Source: an uncultured Saprospiraceae bacterium (GTDB taxonomy: Bacteria > Bacteroidota > Bacteroidia > Chitinophagales > Saprospiraceae). Taken from it: a stretch of 64,000 nt of DNA. The stretch spans positions 5,105 to 69,104 of the forward strand of contig CALFUQ010000077.1 in assembly GCA_937929885.1 (NCBI GenBank). The letters are read 5' to 3'. A program made the translations under genes and the position numbers. This document shows, in pieces, positions 26,316-35,542 of this stretch. The notes below the pieces were generated by a model. It was not told where the DNA came from and did not search any database. It saw only the letters and a program-made list of their open reading frames with translations. Every line of letters begins with the position of its first letter. Position 1 is the first letter of the stretch.

Positions 26316-27185
26316 GTGGATCAGAACTCGGTCAAAGCATACAATGCTAAAATTCTTCTTTTCGGCGAGCATCTGATAAACCTTGGTAGCGATGCTCTGT
26401 CTATTCCTTATGACAAATTTTCAGGCAGACTTTTAAGCGCCGAAGCTTCTGAAATTAGGTTAAGTTCATTTATTGAATTTTTAAAATCATCAAACTTCTC
26501 TTTCCTCGACGCGGATAAAATAGCTGCTTACAATCCTATAAAATTCTCTTCTAATATTCCTGAAGGATATGGTTGTGGAAGCTCGGGTGCAATCGTAGCT
26601 GCATGTTATGATTTGTTTAGATCAGATAAAGAAGAAGACCTTACCCTTTTGAAAAACCGTTTTGCTGAGATGGAAGCTTTCTTTCACGGGAAGAGCTCAG
26701 GTACTGATCCGTTGGTTTCTTTTTTTAATAAGGCTATCCGATTTAATAGAGATGGCAGTATAAAGCTGCTTCCTAGTTTTGATATCTCTCTTCGGAATTA
26801 TAAGCTATTACTAATCGATTCTGGGCAGTCACGTGAAGGCAAGAACCTTATAGCCTGGTTTTTGCACCAAGCAAAGGAGCATAATTTTAAAAGCATGCTT
26901 ACAAAAGAATTAGTACCTGCAACTAGAAGTTGTATCGATTCGCTTTTAGAAAAAGATGAAACCAAATTCAAAGAAAATTTTGCTTCTATTAGCAGATTAC
27001 AATTAGAGCATTTTTCTAAGATGATACCTGATTCCATCAAGCCTCTCTGGACTGCTGGTCTACAATCTGAAAATCTATATTTAAAATTATGCGGTGCTGG
27101 TGGTGGTGGATTTTTTATCGGGCTACTAAAAAATGATGCCGCTTTTGAACTGCTAAAAGGTTACAATACTTACTCTTTAATCTGA
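26316..27185 (+). CDS. GHMP-family kinase (mevalonate-kinase-like N-terminus; substrate uncertain)
   Basis: 289 aa. The GTG start directly abuts the galE stop codon. It has AKILLFGEHLINLG, the GHMP motif PEGYGCGSSGAIVAA, and C-terminal KLCGAGGGGFFIGL. Confidence 0.6.
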   Translation: MDQNSVKAYNAKILLFGEHLINLGSDALSIPYDKFSGRLLSAEASEIRLSSFIEFLKSSNFSFLDADKIAAYNPIKFSSNIPEGYGCGSSGAIVAACYDLFRSDKEEDLTLLKNRFAEMEAFFHGKSSGTDPLVSFFNKAIRFNRDGSIKLLPSFDISLRNYKLLLIDSGQSREGKNLIAWFLHQAKEHNFKSMLTKELVPATRSCIDSLLEKDETKFKENFASISRLQLEHFSKMIPDSIKPLWTAGLQSENLYLKLCGAGGGGFFIGLLKNDAAFELLKGYNTYSLI

Positions 27186-29353
27186 ATCTCCTCTTTGATA
27201 TACATCTGAAGATCTGGATACTCAATTGTATAATTTTCTATATTAGACTCATTGATTCTAAGCCCATTAACGTATGGGATGACTTTTGCATTTTTGAATT
27301 CTCCGAGCACCAACTGATCCTTTAACACCCTCACTGTATTGTATCGATTGTACAATCCTAAAGTGTATTGGTAACTATTGTCATTAAGGTTTTTCTCTAT
27401 TGTTGCGTCATCATATTTACTCAGAATTTCATTTTGGTAGAGCTGATTTACTTTAGCTATTTCTACCTTATAAGACAGCCCTGAGATCGAAGACTTATAT
27501 TCCTCGTACTTATAATCCTGAAGGTCCGCAGGTAAATCTGGATAATCAAAAATCAACTTTACAGGCAAATCATCTGCATTATGGACTAGTATATCAATAC
27601 GTCTGTTATTACGTTGTGATAGCTTCAGGTTACCTCCTGATTTTATTTCTTTTGCCATCGGGTAATTATTACCCAATCCTTTGACATTTAGTCTGTTTAG
27701 ATCAACTCCATTTTTCTTTAGGTAATCAACTACTTTTTCTGCTCTCTTCACAGAGAAATATAATTCGTAAGCATTAATTCCTTCCTCTGCGGTGTTACAT
27801 GTTAACTCAATTTGGATTGTAGGATAAACTTGCATCATCTCTACTATTTTATCTAATTGTCGTCTGTTTTGCGGCGTCAGCAATAACTCATCATCACCAT
27901 AAAAAAGTGGAGCAATTATATATTCCCTAACCTTGACCGTTTCTGTATTTGCTATTGGTATAGATCCAGATTCTGCTATGTCATCCATCATTGTGGAATC
28001 CTCATCCATTGTCTCTGGCACAAATAACACTTCTGCTAATCCAGAGGCTAGCTGTGCAGTCTCGATCTCTTTTAAGTAAGAGATGTAGATATCTTTTCCA
28101 CCGTATCCCTCTTTCCTATTAGATGTGAATAAAGCAGTCTTGCCACCTTGAGTCACTATATAATCTGTATCATCACTACCAGAATTTACAGGCATACCTA
28201 AGTTTACTGACGGTGACCAATCATACTGTTCAGGCAAGAATACACTCTGGAAAACATCGAAACCCCCAATACTTTTTTCGTTATTAGAACTATAGTATAA
28301 CTTTCTTCCATCATTACTTAAGAATGGACTTATCTCGTCATATGGCGTGTTAATATTAGCTCCAAGATTACTAGGCTCAGTCCATCTACCTCCTCTTAAC
28401 TGAGTAACATAAATATCGTGACCACCGTACCCTCCTTCTCTTTTGCTTGAAAACAAGATGGTAGTATCATTATAAATATTAAGGTGTTTATCGCCTAGGC
28501 TTCCTTTAATTTTTGCCAGAAAAGCTTGTGGATAATCTTCTGCTGATCTTTCTACTTTAAACGTATCAACAAGGATTCTCGATTTATCAAAATTATAACC
28601 CTTAGAGAAATACATGACAGACCCATCTTGATTAAATCCCTCTATAACATCATGCTGAGAACTATTCATCAAATTCCCCAACGATTTCATATCTGCCCAT
28701 ATCCCTTCTTTGCCTTCTACCACATACATGTCTGCAAAACATTTACCATACTCCTCATCTCTTAGTCCCTCCTTATCTCTTTTACCTCCTGTACTTCCCT
28801 CTCGATTAGAGCTTAAATAAAATCGCTCAGGATTATTCTTGCTTTGCACTACTCCAAACTCGTCTTGTGCAGAATTTATCTCAGGACCCATGTTTTCGAT
28901 AAAGGAATTTTGCGCCTGATATTTTAATTTTAACCCGTTAGCGCAACGCTTGATCTTGCCGATAATCATCTTGCGGTCCTTATGTCCGCTTGGTAGTTTT
29001 CTGAGGTACGCTTTATAGTGGGTGATAGCGGTCTCAAACTCCCATTCGTTATGAGCCATACTTGCGAGGTAGTAATTTAACTCTCGCTTACCATATTGAT
29101 CCTGATAAAGTTTTTGAAGGATACTTTTTGCAGATGCGATGTCATTAGTCTCATAGTAACATACACCCAGTTTGTATTGAATATCTTTGGCAGATGCATC
29201 TTTACCAGCGCTTAAGTAATACTTCGCTGCTTTTTGATAGACTTGATTAGCAAAGTAGGTATCTGCTATTTTTAAAATTTCTTTCTGAGCATTCAACTGC
29301 AAAGTAGCAGTGAACAAAAAGAATAAAAGAAAAGCAAAGTTAGTGCTGCGCAT
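27170..29353 (-). CDS. OmpA-family peptidoglycan-binding protein with TPR, TolB-like (PD40) repeats and an extra C-terminal SPOR-like domain
   Basis: Start moved from TTG 29389 to ATG 29353 (MRSTNFAFLLFFLFTATLQLNAQ is a signal peptide). It has repeated SP..S.DG..LYFSS and EGYGG.DIY propeller motifs and an OmpA_C-like region ending NRRIDILV. A tail with YKVEIA..YTLGLY follows. Confidence 0.75.
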   Translation of the reverse strand: MRSTNFAFLLFFLFTATLQLNAQKEILKIADTYFANQVYQKAAKYYLSAGKDASAKDIQYKLGVCYYETNDIASAKSILQKLYQDQYGKRELNYYLASMAHNEWEFETAITHYKAYLRKLPSGHKDRKMIIGKIKRCANGLKLKYQAQNSFIENMGPEINSAQDEFGVVQSKNNPERFYLSSNREGSTGGKRDKEGLRDEEYGKCFADMYVVEGKEGIWADMKSLGNLMNSSQHDVIEGFNQDGSVMYFSKGYNFDKSRILVDTFKVERSAEDYPQAFLAKIKGSLGDKHLNIYNDTTILFSSKREGGYGGHDIYVTQLRGGRWTEPSNLGANINTPYDEISPFLSNDGRKLYYSSNNEKSIGGFDVFQSVFLPEQYDWSPSVNLGMPVNSGSDDTDYIVTQGGKTALFTSNRKEGYGGKDIYISYLKEIETAQLASGLAEVLFVPETMDEDSTMMDDIAESGSIPIANTETVKVREYIIAPLFYGDDELLLTPQNRRQLDKIVEMMQVYPTIQIELTCNTAEEGINAYELYFSVKRAEKVVDYLKKNGVDLNRLNVKGLGNNYPMAKEIKSGGNLKLSQRNNRRIDILVHNADDLPVKLIFDYPDLPADLQDYKYEEYKSSISGLSYKVEIAKVNQLYQNEILSKYDDATIEKNLNDNSYQYTLGLYNRYNTVRVLKDQLVLGEFKNAKVIPYVNGLRINESNIENYTIEYPDLQMYIKEEIQIKE

Positions 29354-29366
29354 TTTGAGTGTAAAA

Positions 29367-30719
29367 TTATATCGTCTGTGTGTTATCAAACCCTTCTAGA
29401 TAATCTGCAATCCTTTTAAGGAAAGAGCCTCCTAGAAAACCGTCTACAACTCTATGGTCATACGACAATGATAAAAACATCTTCTGCCTAATAACAATAG
29501 CGTCTCCTTTTTTAGTTTCAATTACTGAGGGCATTTTCCTGATCGCTCCAGTGGCTAAAATCGCTACCTGAGGTTGATTTATAATCGGAGTACCCATTAC
29601 ATTACCAAACGTACCTACGTTAGTCAAAGTAAACGTACCATCTTGTATTTCTTCGGGTTTTAACTTATTATTTCGCGCTCTAGTTGCTAAATCGTTAACC
29701 TTTTTAGTTAATCCTAACAAATTGAAGTCATCTGCCTGCTTAATTACAGGGACTATCAAGTTTCCTGATGGTAGAGCTGTCGCCATTCCTATGTTGATAT
29801 CTTTCTTCCGTATGATCTTATTGCCACTCACCGAGACATTTACTAGTGGAAAATCTCTTAACGCTTTCACAACAGCTTCTATAAATATCGGTGTAACAGT
29901 AATCTTCTGCCCATGCTTTTTTTCGAAGGCTCCCTTATGTTTATTTCTCCACGCGAATAGCTCAGTAACATCAGCTTCTATAAACGAAGTAACATGTGCT
30001 GAAGTACGTTTAGAATTTACCATATGATCAGCAATCAGTTTTCTCATACGATCCATTTCGATGATTTCTACATTATCACCTGAATAGCTTACTGGTGGAG
30101 GGCTAGGCACTCCTTGCTGAGGGGAGTTAATACTCTCACTTTTAGATCTAGCAAACTGATATGGATCTGATGGTTGCTCAGAGCGAGTTGCAATATAACT
30201 GGTGAGATCTTTTTTAGTTACTCTTCCATTAGCACCAGTGCCTTCTATTAGATTTAATTCTGCAAATTGTATTTGCTCTTGTCTAGCGATATTAAGGACT
30301 AGTGGAGAGTAGAACCGATTAACATCTTTTTGACTTTGCGATTCTAATTTTTGAGGTACCTCTTTTGGTGGAGTTTCAATTTTCTCTGGTTCGCTTGGCG
30401 TTTGCTTTTTAGGGATTGTTGGAGTTTCGATTTCTTCCTCTACAACAGATTCTTTTGATTCATCCGATTCTGCTTTTCCCTCAGTTTCTATGATTGCGAT
30501 TACTGTACCTATTGCAACAATATCATCTTTTTCAAAAAGTATTTCTTTGACAGTGCCTGCAACTGGAGATGGGATTTCTGTATCTACTTTGTCTGTTGCT
30601 ATTTCTAATATTGTCTCATCTAGCTCTACTCTATCACCTGGTTTTTTGTGCCATTCTAAGATAGTAGCTTCCATAATACTCTCTCCTAACTTGGGCATTA
30701 TCAGATCTACTTTGGCCAT
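29367..30719 (-). CDS. 2-oxoacid dehydrogenase E2 component (dihydrolipoamide acyltransferase)
   Basis: 450 aa. It has the lipoyl domain EIATDKVDTEIPSP, a Pro/Glu-rich linker, an E3-binding segment, and catalytic LSYDHRVVDG. Confidence 0.88.
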   Translation of the reverse strand: MAKVDLIMPKLGESIMEATILEWHKKPGDRVELDETILEIATDKVDTEIPSPVAGTVKEILFEKDDIVAIGTVIAIIETEGKAESDESKESVVEEEIETPTIPKKQTPSEPEKIETPPKEVPQKLESQSQKDVNRFYSPLVLNIARQEQIQFAELNLIEGTGANGRVTKKDLTSYIATRSEQPSDPYQFARSKSESINSPQQGVPSPPPVSYSGDNVEIIEMDRMRKLIADHMVNSKRTSAHVTSFIEADVTELFAWRNKHKGAFEKKHGQKITVTPIFIEAVVKALRDFPLVNVSVSGNKIIRKKDINIGMATALPSGNLIVPVIKQADDFNLLGLTKKVNDLATRARNNKLKPEEIQDGTFTLTNVGTFGNVMGTPIINQPQVAILATGAIRKMPSVIETKKGDAIVIRQKMFLSLSYDHRVVDGFLGGSFLKRIADYLEGFDNTQTI

Positions 30720-30753
30720 TCCTCTATGTGGTAATTTTAGAAATTTCTAAAGA

Positions 30754-30761
30754 CAAATTTA
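30754..30761 (-). promoter_or_regulatory. -7 promoter box TAaaTTTG (minus strand)
   Basis: Plus-strand CAAATTTA reads as TAAATTTG on the minus strand, 35 nt upstream of the E2 ATG (30719). Confidence 0.35.
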
Positions 30762-30763
30762 GC

Positions 30764-32005
30764 TTATTTATTGGCCATTATAAACTTGCGGAGTAGATTA
30801 AGTACTACGGTAGTAGCATATTCTATGTTCTTGATTCTATCCTTGCCTAGCAGCAGTTTTAAAGTCTCTTGCTTTTGCTCAGATCCGTATGCTATCCATA
30901 TAGTTCCAACAGGTTTATCTAGAGTGCCGCCTGTTGGCCCTGCTATACCTGATACTGCTGCGCCAATGTCTGTATTTGTTAATTTAAGCACCCCTGACAG
31001 CATTTCTAGTACAGTTTGTTCACTTACAGCGCCATGATTGTCTAGCGTGTTTTTATTGACTCCTAATAGCTTCATTTTTAATTCATTAGAATAGGCAACT
31101 ACTCCACCATTGAAATAAGCCGAAGAGCCAGGAACGGAAACGATTTTGCTAGCAATATTACCCCCGGTGCAGCTTTCTGCTAATCCAATCATTACGCTAT
31201 GTTTTTTGGCAACTATTCCAAATGCTTCTTCTAACAATGTTTTATCATACCCGTACACCAGATCTTGTAATTCTTCTACTATTCTTTTTTCGAAATCATC
31301 AATGTTGCTTTGCAGCTCAGATCTATCTTGCCCTATGGCCGTTAATCTGATTCTTACATTACCTAGCGATGGCAGATAAGCAATTTTAATATGCTCTGGC
31401 AATTCAGTAACTATATCTTCTATCCGCACACTTATATTTGATTCCCCCATCCCAGCCGTCCTGATAGTGCGGTGTATAATTACTTTATCTGATTTGTCTT
31501 TAAACATTGGGATGACTCCATTCTCCATGATATATTTCATCTCATAAGTTACGCCAGGCATGGAGATAATCGTCTTACCATCTTTTTTGAAAAGCATGCC
31601 AGGGGCTGTACCCATCTTATTCTGAATCAGGGTAGCTGTCGATGGAAGATAGCATTGAGTTTTGTGTGAAGGAGTGATAGTGATATTCCTTCGTTCAAAC
31701 ATTTTTTTTATCAGGCTAAAATTCTCTTCGCTAAACTCAAGTTTGTCGTTCATGAATTCTGCAAGGACTGACTTAGTAATATCATCCTTGGTAGGCCCTA
31801 GTCCTCCTGTTACCAATATCAGGTCAGAAATTTTCGTAGCTCTTTCTAATCCACTCAAAATTCCTTCTCGTGAATCGTTGACAGATAGGATTTCTGTGAC
31901 ATCTATCCCAATATCATTTAGCTTTTTACCAATCCATGCAGAATTTGTATCTATAATCTGACCGATCAATATCTCATCCCCTATCGTGACTATGGTAGCT
32001 TTCAT
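30764..32005 (-). CDS. cinA: CinA family competence/damage-inducible protein (NMN amidohydrolase type)
   Basis: 413 aa. It has an N-terminal MoCF-binding domain ATIVTIGDEILIGQIIDTNSAWI..GGLGPTKDD and a C-terminal CinA/PncC domain ESCTGG. Confidence 0.9.
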   Translation of the reverse strand: MKATIVTIGDEILIGQIIDTNSAWIGKKLNDIGIDVTEILSVNDSREGILSGLERATKISDLILVTGGLGPTKDDITKSVLAEFMNDKLEFSEENFSLIKKMFERRNITITPSHKTQCYLPSTATLIQNKMGTAPGMLFKKDGKTIISMPGVTYEMKYIMENGVIPMFKDKSDKVIIHRTIRTAGMGESNISVRIEDIVTELPEHIKIAYLPSLGNVRIRLTAIGQDRSELQSNIDDFEKRIVEELQDLVYGYDKTLLEEAFGIVAKKHSVMIGLAESCTGGNIASKIVSVPGSSAYFNGGVVAYSNELKMKLLGVNKNTLDNHGAVSEQTVLEMLSGVLKLTNTDIGAAVSGIAGPTGGTLDKPVGTIWIAYGSEQKQETLKLLLGKDRIKNIEYATTVVLNLLRKFIMANK

Positions 32006-32763
32006 TTAAGGTATTGTATTTCTGTTTTGCTAAAGCTTTCTAATGCTCCATCAATTTTTATCACCAGTTGACCAAGCTCATTAATAGAATGAATAACTCC
32101 ATCAATAATTCTATCATTAAGTTTAAATCTAGAAAGTACATCTTTCATATATAATCTATCTTGATATTCCGAAAGCAAGTTTTCAAATTTACCTTCCTTG
32201 AGTTTTGAATAATATTTTTCAATTAATCCAAATAGTAATTTTCTTACTTCTAGTAAATCTAGTTGTTGCCCACACTCCCTAGTTAAAGATGTAGGGTTAG
32301 GAATGTCTTTGTGAAATGTTTCTTGATTTACATTGATACCTATACCAACAACTGAATTAGATATCTGTTGACTTTGTAAGTTATTTTGGATCAGGATTCC
32401 ACAAATTTTGTTTCGCTTAATATAGACATCGTTAGGCCATTTAATTTTCACTACATCCTTCACATAATACTCTAAACATTCAGCTACGGCTAAGGAAGTG
32501 ATGACATTTAAGTAGAACTGGTCCTTTATTGCTAAAAAAGTCGGCCGCAAGATAATTGACAATGTGATGTTTTCTTTAGCTTTTGAGTCCCAAACTCTGC
32601 CATATTGTCCTTTGCCAGCTGACTGAAAGTGTGCTAATACGGTAGTTCCTTCACTTGGATTACTTTTTGAAACCAGATCTTGTGAAAATGTGTTAGTAGA
32701 GTCTAACGTCTCATATTCTAAGAGGGGGCTTCCGATATATGTAGCTTTAGGCTTAGGTATCAA
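32002..32763 (-). CDS. birA: Biotin--[acetyl-CoA-carboxylase] ligase (no HTH domain)
   Basis: 253 aa with motifs SAGKGQYGRVWDS and KWPNDVYI..KICGILI. It overlaps cinA by 4 nt. Confidence 0.88.
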   Translation of the reverse strand: MIPKPKATYIGSPLLEYETLDSTNTFSQDLVSKSNPSEGTTVLAHFQSAGKGQYGRVWDSKAKENITLSIILRPTFLAIKDQFYLNVITSLAVAECLEYYVKDVVKIKWPNDVYIKRNKICGILIQNNLQSQQISNSVVGIGINVNQETFHKDIPNPTSLTRECGQQLDLLEVRKLLFGLIEKYYSKLKEGKFENLLSEYQDRLYMKDVLSRFKLNDRIIDGVIHSINELGQLVIKIDGALESFSKTEIQYLK

Positions 32764-32779
32764 TGACGCAATTTTTGGT

Positions 32780-32787
32780 TAACTTTG
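32780..32787 (+). promoter_or_regulatory. -7 promoter box TAacTTTG
   Basis: Exact TAnnTTTG match 73 nt upstream of the rsfS TTG start (32860). A near-match AAacTTTG lies at 32804-32811. Confidence 0.3.
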
Positions 32788-32859
32788 AATACGAACTTAG
32801 ATATAAACTTTGAAGCGATTTAATAACAGATAGTTAATTCACTTCACTAATAAAAAAAT

Positions 32860-33246
32860 TTGACAAAAACTTCTCCCGCAGTCCCAATAGCCAGCGATTC
32901 TGATTCGCTTTGTGATCTTATCATAGATGCAATTCAAGATATAAAAGGGAAAAAGATTTTAAAGCTTGATCTAAAAGAATTAGACGAGTCTCCTGCTGAT
33001 TATTTTGTGATATGTGAAGGAGAATCTCATACCCAAGTTAAAGGTATCTCTGATAATATCTATAAGCGAATAAGGGATGAAACTGGACTAAGACCAAGCT
33101 GGACAGAGGGAGAACAACATGCAAATTGGATTTTAGTGGATTACTTTGACATTGTAATTCACATTTTCTATAAAGAAACAAGGACTTTTTACGACTTAGA
33201 AGATCTATGGAGTGATGCAAAAATCACAGAATACGAAAACATATAG
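32860..33246 (+). CDS. rsfS: Ribosome silencing factor
   Basis: 128 aa. It has IQDIKGKKILKLDLKEL..ADYFVICEGESHTQV..WILVDYFDIVIHIF..R.FYDLEDLW. Confidence 0.88.
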   Translation: MTKTSPAVPIASDSDSLCDLIIDAIQDIKGKKILKLDLKELDESPADYFVICEGESHTQVKGISDNIYKRIRDETGLRPSWTEGEQHANWILVDYFDIVIHIFYKETRTFYDLEDLWSDAKITEYENI

Positions 33247-33299
33247 ATCAAGTAATACGTATTAAGAAGGTATATTCATAAAAAGAAATAAACAGCGGC

Positions 33300-35324
33300 A
33301 TGGCCGAAAATAAGAAAGACAACAAACCAGGTAATAATAAAATTCAATTCAACTCGTATTGGGTGTATGGTGTTATTATCCTCGTGATCCTAGCTTTGAA
33401 TATTTACATCCATTATCAAAGCCAGACTCAGACCACTACCATGAGAGGGTTTATCAAAATGGTAGAAGCTAATGATGTAGCAGATATCAAAGTGGTCAAT
33501 AAATTAAAAGGACAAGTTTTCCTTAAAAAGGAGAGCCTAGAGAAGTACCCTGACCTTAAGGAAAATACTAAGCTCAATGCGCTACAGCCTCATTATACTT
33601 TTGAGATAGGAGATATGCGGACTTTTGAGGAGAAGATTGATGCTCTCAATGAAGGAGGCTATCCGATAGATTACGAGTCAATAACTGAAACAAATTGGCT
33701 AGGCCCTATCCTTAATTGGGTTTTACCTTTTCTATTGATTATCGGGCTGTGGCTTTTCATTATGCGAAGGGTTTCTTCTGGAGGAGGAGGTCCTGGTGCA
33801 CAGATATTTAATATCGGTAAGTCTAAGGCTACCCTATTTGATAACGATGCAAAGGTAGAAGTGACCTTCAAAGATGTAGCAGGACTAGATGAAGCTAAGG
33901 TCGAGGTAATGGAAGTAGTAGACTTCTTACAGAATCCTAAAAAATATACTTCGCTTGGGGGTAAGATTCCTAAGGGTGTGCTTTTAGTAGGCCCTCCTGG
34001 TACTGGTAAAACATTGCTTGCAAAAGCAGTGGCAGGAGAAGCGGGGGTTCCCTTCTTTTCTATATCTGGATCTGACTTCGTAGAGATGTTTGTAGGAGTG
34101 GGAGCATCGAGAGTGAGAGACTTGTTTAAGCAAGCTAGAGAGAAGGCACCATGTATCGTGTTTATAGATGAGATAGATGCAATCGGTAGAGCGAGAGGCA
34201 AAGGAGCTGTGCAAGGTGGAAACGATGAAAGAGAAAATACACTTAATCAGTTACTAGTAGAAATGGATGGATTTAGTACAGATAAGGGGGTTATCCTTAT
34301 GGCTGCTACAAACCGTCCAGATGTTCTAGATTCTGCATTACTAAGACCTGGAAGGTTTGATAGACAAATAGGTATCGATAGACCAGATCTTAAAGGACGT
34401 GAAGCAATTTTTAAGGTGCACCTAAAAACTATCAAAATAGGTCCATCTATCAATCCTGCTGTTCTCGCTGAGATGACACCAGGATTTGCAGGTGCTGATA
34501 TTGCCAATGTATGTAATGAGTCCGCACTAGTAGCAGCAAGAAGAAATAAGAAAGCTGTAGATATGGATGACTTTAACTACGCACTAGATAGAGTTATCGG
34601 AGGATTAGAGAAAAAGAACAAACTTATCTCACCGAAAGAAAAAGAGATTATAGCTTATCATGAAGCAGGACATGCTATCTGCGGTTGGTACTTAGAACAT
34701 GCCTCCCCTCTAGTAAAAGTAACTATCGTACCGAGAGGAGTCGGCACCTTAGGATACGCTCAATACTTGCCTAAAGAGGAATACATTACTAGGACCGAGC
34801 AGATGGAAGACAGGATGTGTATGACCTTTGGAGGTAGAGCAGCGGAGCGAATTATATTTGACAAAATCTCTACTGGTGCGCAAAACGATTTAGATCAGGT
34901 CACAAAGATGGCGTATAGCATGGTAGCTGTCTACGGAATGAATGATAAAGTCGGAAATGTATCTTTCTATGGTATGTCTCAAGATCAATTTAACAAACCT
35001 TACTCTGATGACACTGCTACTAAAATAGATGATGAAGTAAGAAAAATTGCTGAAGCCCAATACGCAAGAGCACAAGACCTACTTAAAAAGCACAGATCAG
35101 AACTAGACATCTTAGCTCAAGAACTATTAACAAAAGAAGTATTACTTAAATCCGATGTGGAACGATTGATTGGCCCAAGACCATTTGCAATTGAAGAAGA
35201 GGTAAATGAAGGTGTTGCAGTATCGGATAGCGATGGAGAAACAGTGGTTAAAAAAGATGATAACAGTACAGACTTGACGAAAGAAGATGTGACTCCTTCT
35301 GATGATGAAGGGACAATAGTTTAG
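33300..35324 (+). CDS. ftsH: ATP-dependent zinc metalloprotease FtsH
   Basis: 674 aa with two N-terminal TM helices, Walker [18 protein letters not shown], the SRH region and the zinc site HEAGHA. Confidence 0.95.
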   Translation: MAENKKDNKPGNNKIQFNSYWVYGVIILVILALNIYIHYQSQTQTTTMRGFIKMVEANDVADIKVVNKLKGQVFLKKESLEKYPDLKENTKLNALQPHYTFEIGDMRTFEEKIDALNEGGYPIDYESITETNWLGPILNWVLPFLLIIGLWLFIMRRVSSGGGGPGAQIFNIGKSKATLFDNDAKVEVTFKDVAGLDEAKVEVMEVVDFLQNPKKYTSLGGKIPKGVLLVGPPGTGKTLLAKAVAGEAGVPFFSISGSDFVEMFVGVGASRVRDLFKQAREKAPCIVFIDEIDAIGRARGKGAVQGGNDERENTLNQLLVEMDGFSTDKGVILMAATNRPDVLDSALLRPGRFDRQIGIDRPDLKGREAIFKVHLKTIKIGPSINPAVLAEMTPGFAGADIANVCNESALVAARRNKKAVDMDDFNYALDRVIGGLEKKNKLISPKEKEIIAYHEAGHAICGWYLEHASPLVKVTIVPRGVGTLGYAQYLPKEEYITRTEQMEDRMCMTFGGRAAERIIFDKISTGAQNDLDQVTKMAYSMVAVYGMNDKVGNVSFYGMSQDQFNKPYSDDTATKIDDEVRKIAEAQYARAQDLLKKHRSELDILAQELLTKEVLLKSDVERLIGPRPFAIEEEVNEGVAVSDSDGETVVKKDDNSTDLTKEDVTPSDDEGTIV

Positions 35325-35366
35325 AATTACTAGCAGAAAAGAAATTAGAAGTTTATACTTCATAAA

Positions 35367-35400
35367 GAAAAGCCCTTTCAAAAAATTGAGAGGGCTTTTC
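35367..35400. terminator. Bidirectional intrinsic terminator between convergent ftsH and dsbD-like genes
   Basis: 13-bp stem GAAAAGCCCTTTC/GAGAGGGCTTTTC (one G-U pair) with an 8-nt loop. The stem is flanked by an A-rich tract on the left and a T-rich tract on the right, so it can serve both strands. Confidence 0.7.
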
Positions 35401-35542
35401 TTATTCTTTATATCTACTAAACATCATAACCTATCCTGTAACCAATTTTGACTTTGCTTAACCATCTTTCTCCATTTCCATGGAGAAAAGAAAGTCTCCC
35501 TTTCCATTTGTAAATTATAGCGTACTAGGTTGAGGAAAAGTA

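Noticed and set aside
29354-29389. TTG-initiated 12-codon extension of the OmpA-family ORF, overlapping the E2 gene by 23 nt.
   Set aside because: ATG 29353 gives a textbook signal peptide (MRSTNFAFLLFFLF..) and removes the overlap.
33671-34507. Long antisense ORFs (176, 76 and 86 aa) inside ftsH. Similar shadow ORFs occur in many other genes, for example 905-1420, 15729-16094, 29722-30027, 30771-31961, 38245-38567 and 41178-42449.
   Set aside because: They lie fully within strongly supported conserved genes on the opposite strand or another frame. Their translations are low-complexity (Ser/Pro/Ile-rich) with no motifs, which is typical of frame shadows.
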